Source of the DNA: Moraxellaceae bacterium
GTDB lineage: Bacteria > Pseudomonadota > Gammaproteobacteria > Pseudomonadales > Moraxellaceae
NCBI GenBank assembly: GCA_014378805.1
Contig: JACMMY010000278.1
Location: 1-36,954, forward strand
Length of the DNA stretch: 36,954 bases
Direction: 5' to 3'
Shown: piece after piece, positions 31,345 through 36,954 of the stretch
Layout: each line of letters starts with the position of its first letter
Numbering within the stretch: the stretch's first letter is position 1
Made by a program: the position numbers and the translations under genes
The notes under the pieces: generated by a model
What the model was told of the DNA's origin: nothing
The model's database searches: none
The model's input: only the letters and a program-made list of their open reading frames with translations

Positions 31345-32238
31345 TCAAGCTTTTTTGTCTGCTGGATCTTCATATTTAAATATAGCAACCAAAACTCCCG
31401 TTAATAAACCAAATAAAGCGCCTATCAATAGGAAAATATTCAGCTTTGGAAATACTGGGTTTTTTGATACGGTGATTGCACTGACTTGTTTGGTTGCTTG
31501 TTCATCGAACGCTGCCAAACGTGCTGTAGAAATAATTTGCTGATTTTTAAGACTTTGATGATTTTTTTCTGTATCTGTCAACAGTTTAATTGCCACAATC
31601 GTCTGCGAAAAACCAGCAACTGTTTTGTAAACGTTAGATGGCTCAATTTTATTTTTCAAGGTCGCCAGTTCGATCGAATTTGATGCAAGATTCTCAGTCG
31701 TGGCCTTCAACTCTTGCTCGACACGTATTTTAAGAGGATTAGAAATAGCAGCATGCGCAGCTTTTATTTCATTTACAGTGGTATGCAGCGCTTTTAACGC
31801 ATCTTGCTGGTTTAAGCCGCGAATTGATAAGTTAATAAAATCAGTATTTGGTATAACACTACCTTTAAGAGATTTTGTAATTAAGCCAGTACGCTTATTA
31901 TAGTTCTTGTCAGTGGTTGGTACATTCAAATCAGAAATAATCATTTCCTTGAATTCATTTAATTTAATTCGTTCAACGGTTTGTGCTGGATCTTCAATCA
32001 ATTTGTACTCATCTTTTTCAAGTGGAAGACGTCCCATCCTAAGCGTTGTATAGGCTTCCCATTGTTTAGGAAGCAGTAATGCGAGTATGACTGCGATCAT
32101 TGAGCATACGATCACCAAACTACCAATTAATTTCGATGAATGTACGACTGCACACCAAAGGTATGAAAGATCCAATAATGAATTATCTGTATCCCTGATC
32201 ATCGGAGTGGTTTGGTGAGGTGTCGGTTCAGTAGTCAT
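31345..32238 (-). CDS. Wzz-like polysaccharide chain-length determinant (co-polymerase)
   Basis: N-terminal TM followed by LPKQWEA, periplasmic coiled coil, PVFPK motif, then a C-terminal Gly-rich TM; no kinase domain. Confidence 0.75.
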   Translation of the reverse strand: MTTEPTPHQTTPMIRDTDNSLLDLSYLWCAVVHSSKLIGSLVIVCSMIAVILALLLPKQWEAYTTLRMGRLPLEKDEYKLIEDPAQTVERIKLNEFKEMIISDLNVPTTDKNYNKRTGLITKSLKGSVIPNTDFINLSIRGLNQQDALKALHTTVNEIKAAHAAISNPLKIRVEQELKATTENLASNSIELATLKNKIEPSNVYKTVAGFSQTIVAIKLLTDTEKNHQSLKNQQIISTARLAAFDEQATKQVSAITVSKNPVFPKLNIFLLIGALFGLLTGVLVAIFKYEDPADKKA

Positions 32239-32303
32239 GAGTTCAAAGTACTATTTAATGAGGGCGGAATAATATACGGTTTAAAACCAATCACAATATA
32301 AAG

Positions 32304-33056
32304 CTATTGATCTATTTTTGTTCTGAGATTGGCGTGTTCGCGAGGATTATCATGCATAGACTCACTTTTATGAGTTTCTGCTGGACAGTCAATAACAGGC
32401 ATACGATGCCTGAATAAAATTCTAAGAGCCGTCCAGATGACAATTTTGATATCAAATAGTATGGATTGTTGAACAATATGTCTGACGCGCAACCGATTTT
32501 TTTCTGGAAGTATGACTTCAAAATATGTTTTAACGGGGTCATTGGATTCGGCTAAAAGTCGCTCTTCATGAATATAAAGGAGCGATGCAAGGTCTGTGAT
32601 ACCTGGACGTTCAGAAAAAATAATATGCCGAACATCCTGTTCATAATGGATTAGATGACTCACAACTTCTGGACGAGGGCCGACAATACTCATGTCACCT
32701 TTTAACACATTGAGTAATTGAGGCATTTCATCGAGTTTTGTTTTTCGTAATGCTCTACCAAGCCGCGTAACTCTGTCATCGCCACAAATGGTAATATTTA
32801 GCCCATGTGATTCGTGGCGCATGGTTCGGAACTTAAGAATATAAAACGGTTGTTCAAATAGTCCAGTCCGTGCTTGACGGAAGAAAATAGGTCCTGTTCC
32901 TTCACATTTGATGAGCACGGCGATGATTAAACCGATCGGTAGAAATAAAATTGATAGAAAAATAGCAATAAAAATATCAAACGAACGTTTGATAGTTTGG
33001 TAGGGTATGCTTTTCTCGCTCTTTTTATAAGCTGAGCTGCTTTCAATATAAGACAT
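32304..33056 (-). CDS. Bacterial sugar transferase (initiating phosphoglycosyltransferase)
   Basis: KRSFDI, KFRTM, DDRVT, LDEMPQLLNVLKGDMSIVGPRPE, RPGIT. Confidence 0.92.
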   Translation of the reverse strand: MSYIESSSAYKKSEKSIPYQTIKRSFDIFIAIFLSILFLPIGLIIAVLIKCEGTGPIFFRQARTGLFEQPFYILKFRTMRHESHGLNITICGDDRVTRLGRALRKTKLDEMPQLLNVLKGDMSIVGPRPEVVSHLIHYEQDVRHIIFSERPGITDLASLLYIHEERLLAESNDPVKTYFEVILPEKNRLRVRHIVQQSILFDIKIVIWTALRILFRHRMPVIDCPAETHKSESMHDNPREHANLRTKIDQ

Positions 33057-33204
33057 TATTAACCATCATAATAAATCGTGTGTCCACGCATATCCTACGC
33101 AAGTAGTTTTTCCGAATGATATATCAAGTCGGCTTCTAATATCTCAGTTACTGTCGCAATTGTAGCCAGTGTTAACCATAAAAGTACGTAATCTTTGGTG
33201 GTTG

Positions 33205-34209
33205 TTATGAAAAAATCTCTCGTATCCAAGATGCAAGGCGATACTTATTATAAATTTCGGGAGCTAGAGGAGCATAGTTTGATGTTAAAAATTCATAAGG
33301 GATGATCGGCGCGTATCGATCAATTACCAAAATATTGTCGGGTTGATAAAAATCATAAGAAAAAACATCTTTATTTGTCGTAATCAATTTCTTATGCGCA
33401 CCTAAACTTTCAATCGTGCGCATGGTCAAACCTTTTTGTTGGGGATGATTCACATCTACAATGATTTGACAATTTTTTATCAGTTGCAATGTTTCATCTG
33501 TATTTAATGATGCCCATTTTACAACATGCCATGGAATACTTCGAAAATGTTGGTCAAATATTTTTCTGACTAAGAACACCCATCGGCTTTGATAAAAAAA
33601 ATGATCATACAATTTGATGTCCTGCTTTACCTCTCGTGCAGCTGCCCAAATCTTTTGGATTACTGAGTAACGATCAGAATGGATTGAGCCTAAAAATAAT
33701 AAATCAATCAGCGATATATGATCCGTCTTTATCGATGCGATACGTTCGTAAGCTTCGATATAAAATAATGGCAGATGCATAATCGTTGGATAAGTTAAGC
33801 AGTCATCGCGATCAAAACTATAAGCTTTATCAAAGTAAGCTAATTTAGCTTGACCATTTTTGAAATTTTTAAAAGAGTCCCAAGTGTAGTATAAGAATTT
33901 GGCTTGAGTCTGATTTTGTCTTAATTGCTTAAGATGCGAAATTGAAAGGGCTTCGCCTTTAACAATAAAAACAAAATCATATTGAATTTTTTGTATATTT
34001 TCTAAAATGTGATCAAAGTACTTATCGGTGTAAATGCCGATGAGCTCAGGTTTAAATCGTATCAATGCTTTTACCAACGGTGTCGTTGATGGGCGATCAT
34101 CAAACCAATCGACATGGTAACCCGCTTGCTCTAATTCACCTTTGATTTCTTGTTCATAGCCAAAAAATTGGGGTGCGATAAATAAAACTTTCATTCCCAA
34201 TTTGATCAT
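33205..34209 (-). CDS. Probable glycosyltransferase of the polysaccharide locus
   Basis: FFGYE, YTWDS, YSFDRDD, FLGSIHSDR, QKGLTMRTIESLG...KLITTN; cluster context. Confidence 0.65.
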   Translation of the reverse strand: MIKLGMKVLFIAPQFFGYEQEIKGELEQAGYHVDWFDDRPSTTPLVKALIRFKPELIGIYTDKYFDHILENIQKIQYDFVFIVKGEALSISHLKQLRQNQTQAKFLYYTWDSFKNFKNGQAKLAYFDKAYSFDRDDCLTYPTIMHLPLFYIEAYERIASIKTDHISLIDLLFLGSIHSDRYSVIQKIWAAAREVKQDIKLYDHFFYQSRWVFLVRKIFDQHFRSIPWHVVKWASLNTDETLQLIKNCQIIVDVNHPQQKGLTMRTIESLGAHKKLITTNKDVFSYDFYQPDNILVIDRYAPIIPYEFLTSNYAPLAPEIYNKYRLASWIREIFS

Positions 34210-34757
34210 AATTCATTACTTTGTTTGATGATACTTGCAGGGATTCCGATTACGGTAGCACCATTTGGGACACTTTCAAGAACGACCGCATTTGCGCCAA
34301 CGCGTGAGTTATCCCCTAAGTGCAAAGTACCTAAGACTTTTGCGCCAGCACCCACAATCACGTTATCTCCGACAGTTGGTCTGGATGTTTCTGAATAATC
34401 TAGATCTATTTCTCGCGCACCGAAAGTAACATTGTGATATATCGTCGCATTGATGCCAATTTTATGGGCTCCAATGACCGTTCCTTGCGTGTGCGGAAAG
34501 TACAATCCACCACCAATTTCACAGCGTACAGCAATTTCTAAACCAAAAAAAACAAAGTTGATTAATGACAATATTTTTGCCAAAGGCGAAAGTTTATGCT
34601 GGTAAAGCCAGTGAGATAGACGAAAAATAACGATCGGCATAAATCGTGGAGAGAAAAAAGCCTTCATCAAACTGAACATGTTCGGCCTTTTTTCAGGCTG
34701 ACCTGCAAGTGAGTACTGGCGTGCTAAATCGGCAAATAAGAGTGTTTTTAGGGTCAT
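34206..34757 (-). CDS. Hexapeptide-repeat O-acetyltransferase (CysE/WcaB-like)
   Basis: IGGGLYFPH, PTVGDNVIVGAGAKVLG, VGANAVV, VIGIPA; translationally coupled to neighbours. Confidence 0.85.
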   Translation of the reverse strand: MTLKTLLFADLARQYSLAGQPEKRPNMFSLMKAFFSPRFMPIVIFRLSHWLYQHKLSPLAKILSLINFVFFGLEIAVRCEIGGGLYFPHTQGTVIGAHKIGINATIYHNVTFGAREIDLDYSETSRPTVGDNVIVGAGAKVLGTLHLGDNSRVGANAVVLESVPNGATVIGIPASIIKQSNEL

Positions 34758-35905
34758 GACATCATTTTACGCATTTTAAGTTGTTCATTTGCTTTATCGA
34801 GCCCATCTTCGGGCAATGGTTGGCTTAATACCCAAATCGCAAAGTCCTCAATGCCTTGTTGTAATGTCACTTTGGGTTCAAAGCCAAGCGTTGTTTTAAT
34901 TAGGGATAAATCGGCATAACAATGGCGAATATCGCCTAGACGGTATTGACCAGTTACATGAGGTCTAATGTTTCCTTTGAAAGCATCGACTAGCGTATTC
35001 GCGATTTCTAAAACGGAAGTTGGCTGACCAGAGCCCACATTAAAAGTCTCACTACGAATGGAAGTATGCTCAATAGCTAATCGAATCGCATGGACGATGT
35101 CATTGACATGAATGAAATCCCTGCTCTCAGCGCCGTCTTCAAAAATAGGTAGCGACATGCCTCTGCGAATTCGTGTTGAAAAAATGGACAATATGCCCGT
35201 GTATGGATTGTTTAAGGATTGACCAGCACCGTAAACATTCTGAAATCTCAAGATGGTTGTGCTGATATTTAAGCAATCTCCAGCGATTCGAATTAAGTCT
35301 TCCTGTGCATATTTTGTGGCTGCATAAATAGACGCTGGGCTTGGACGTGCGGATTCTGGCGTCGCTATTGGCTGAATGCTACTTTGACAAACAGGGCAAA
35401 CCGGATCCCATTGTTGTTTATAGAGTTGATCGGCAGTTCGAGCGGTTGGATAAACGGTACCATGAGTCTCGCACCGATAGGCTCCTTCACCGTAGATAGA
35501 GCGAGAGGAGGCTAAAACAATTTTTTTGACGGAGTGCGGATTATTCGCCAGAAAATCTAACATCTGTGCAGTGGCTTGTGAGTTCACATTATTGTAGTGT
35601 GCAATTTGATACATCGATTGTGCTGTGCCAGTCTCCGCTGCGAGATGGACGATTACATCAGCTATAGTCAAACAATCCGTGAGGGCACTCAGGTTATTGA
35701 CATCGGCGCGAATAATCTTAATATTTTCAAATTGTAATAAACGTGGATCTATTATCGGGATTACGCCATGAATTTGTGGACTCAGATTGTCATACAAACA
35801 AATATCATAACCCGTACTTTCGGCGAGTGAGATTGCTAAATTTGTGCCAATAAAACCGAGACCACCCGTAATTAAAATGGTTTTCTTGTATGATTGTTTG
35901 CTCAT
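34754..35905 (-). CDS. NAD-dependent epimerase/dehydratase (extended SDR)
   Basis: ITGGLGFIG, HLAAETG, ASSRSIYG, YAATK, RFQNVYG, RDFIHV. The ORF extends to 35941. Confidence 0.9.
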   Translation of the reverse strand: MSKQSYKKTILITGGLGFIGTNLAISLAESTGYDICLYDNLSPQIHGVIPIIDPRLLQFENIKIIRADVNNLSALTDCLTIADVIVHLAAETGTAQSMYQIAHYNNVNSQATAQMLDFLANNPHSVKKIVLASSRSIYGEGAYRCETHGTVYPTARTADQLYKQQWDPVCPVCQSSIQPIATPESARPSPASIYAATKYAQEDLIRIAGDCLNISTTILRFQNVYGAGQSLNNPYTGILSIFSTRIRRGMSLPIFEDGAESRDFIHVNDIVHAIRLAIEHTSIRSETFNVGSGQPTSVLEIANTLVDAFKGNIRPHVTGQYRLGDIRHCYADLSLIKTTLGFEPKVTLQQGIEDFAIWVLSQPLPEDGLDKANEQLKMRKMMS

Positions 35906-35956
35906 GTCACTTCCAGAAATAATATATAAAAACTTGATCAACCTTAACGATGCTTA

Positions 35957-36862
35957 TTATTTCTGCTTATAAGCTCCATCTTTGTTTGCTAACCCATCAT
36001 ATAAACCTTTACACATCATTTTTAGGCTTGCGATCTTTTTATCATCAATCAAGATATTGACAAAGAATCTGAGCAATAAACCTATCAATATACGTTTCTT
36101 CCATGCTCTTGATACATAGGACTGACGAATAAAGAAAGTCGTATTTCTAAACCAGTAGTATCTTCTTAACGGCGAATACCTAAAGAAATTTAAACCTAGG
36201 ATACGTGCTGGCGGCGCATCGGAAGGGGCGTGACCCATCTCTTGGCTCAGAGACGCGTATAGCTTGAATCCCGCCGCTCGCACCCTGAAACACCATTCAG
36301 TATCAGTATAATCCACAAATAAACCTGAGTTGTAGTGGATTCCTTGTGACCAAACACTGGCTTTTACAAGCATGCCAGATGTAATCAGAACATCGACTTC
36401 AATCGCTTTTGCTGTGTCGCCTTCCTGGGGAACCGCACAAATAACGTGATCTATTTCTTTATAGAAAGGAAATCTGACTTTGATATTCTCACGACGATCA
36501 TAGAAGATAGGCGCAACAGCAGCACAATTGATGCCTTGCTGGAGGAGCGCGTTATGCGTTTCCCATAGATCGCGAATCATCAAGTCTGGAGGCGCACTAT
36601 CTTGGTCAAAAGTTGCCACGTAATCGCAGCCGCGTGCGATTGCTAATTTGAAACCTTCGTTTAAGGCGAATCCAAGACCTTGATTACTCCCTAAATTCAG
36701 ATATTCGATCTGAGCACGAGATTCAGGATCATTTTTTAAGAATGACTCGCCACCGCTATTATCCACGAAGATAACGTAGTCGACTTGGTTTAAAAGCTTG
36801 AGTAGTAGAGCGTCTAAAATTGAATACTCAGGGAAAAAGCCGACAACAATGGCCGCAATCAT
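35957..36862 (-). CDS. GT2-family glycosyltransferase (rhamnosyltransferase-like)
   Basis: VDNS, NQGLGFALNEG, FDQDS, LITSG, LFVDYTDTEWC, YSPLRRYYWFRN. Confidence 0.85.
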   Translation of the reverse strand: MIAAIVVGFFPEYSILDALLLKLLNQVDYVIFVDNSGGESFLKNDPESRAQIEYLNLGSNQGLGFALNEGFKLAIARGCDYVATFDQDSAPPDLMIRDLWETHNALLQQGINCAAVAPIFYDRRENIKVRFPFYKEIDHVICAVPQEGDTAKAIEVDVLITSGMLVKASVWSQGIHYNSGLFVDYTDTEWCFRVRAAGFKLYASLSQEMGHAPSDAPPARILGLNFFRYSPLRRYYWFRNTTFFIRQSYVSRAWKKRILIGLLLRFFVNILIDDKKIASLKMMCKGLYDGLANKDGAYKQK

Positions 36863-36954
36863 AATAGCTCCACAAAAGAATATGGATTCATTATAGCTAA
36901 TATTTTCATAAATATCGTAGATGTATAAGCTATCAAAAAGAGAAAAATCAACAC
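36859..36954 (-). CDS. 3' fragment of an upstream membrane protein, possibly a Wzy/EpsG-type polymerase
   Basis: Open frame from the window edge, VLIFLFLIAYTSTIFMKILAIMNPYSFVELL*; hydrophobic; its TGA overlaps the ATG of the GT2 gene. Confidence 0.45.
   Translation of the reverse strand: MLIFLFLIAYTSTIFMKILAIMNPYSFVELL

Overview
Chromosomal replication-origin region of a gammaproteobacterium. Gene order and protein motifs suggest Moraxellaceae, related to Acinetobacter (inference). The layout is: a small HTH/coiled-coil gene, then mnmE-yidC-yidD-rnpA-rpmH (minus strand), oriC with clustered DnaA boxes, dnaA-dnaN-recF-gyrB (three parS sites nearby), an MBL-fold hydrolase and an ABC-F ATPase. 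Next comes a tandem array of six paralogous, signal-peptide-bearing putative solute-binding proteins (AdeT/DUF6091-like) with no transporter genes beside them. This is followed by erpA, anmK, tyrS, sodC, a methyltransferase, uvrC, a frameshifted thioesterase and the distal end of a Wzz-containing surface-polysaccharide cluster. The most interesting observations are: (1) the six-gene orphan binding-protein array, with graded divergence and shared upstream motifs; (2) the HTH/coiled-coil/amphipathic-tail gene about 5 kb from oriC, whose promoter and own coding linker carry the same phased RATACA repeat block; (3) a long inverted-repeat element inside the array; (4) GyrB substitutions at coumarin-binding positions. 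No rRNA, tRNA, CRISPR or transposase genes were seen.
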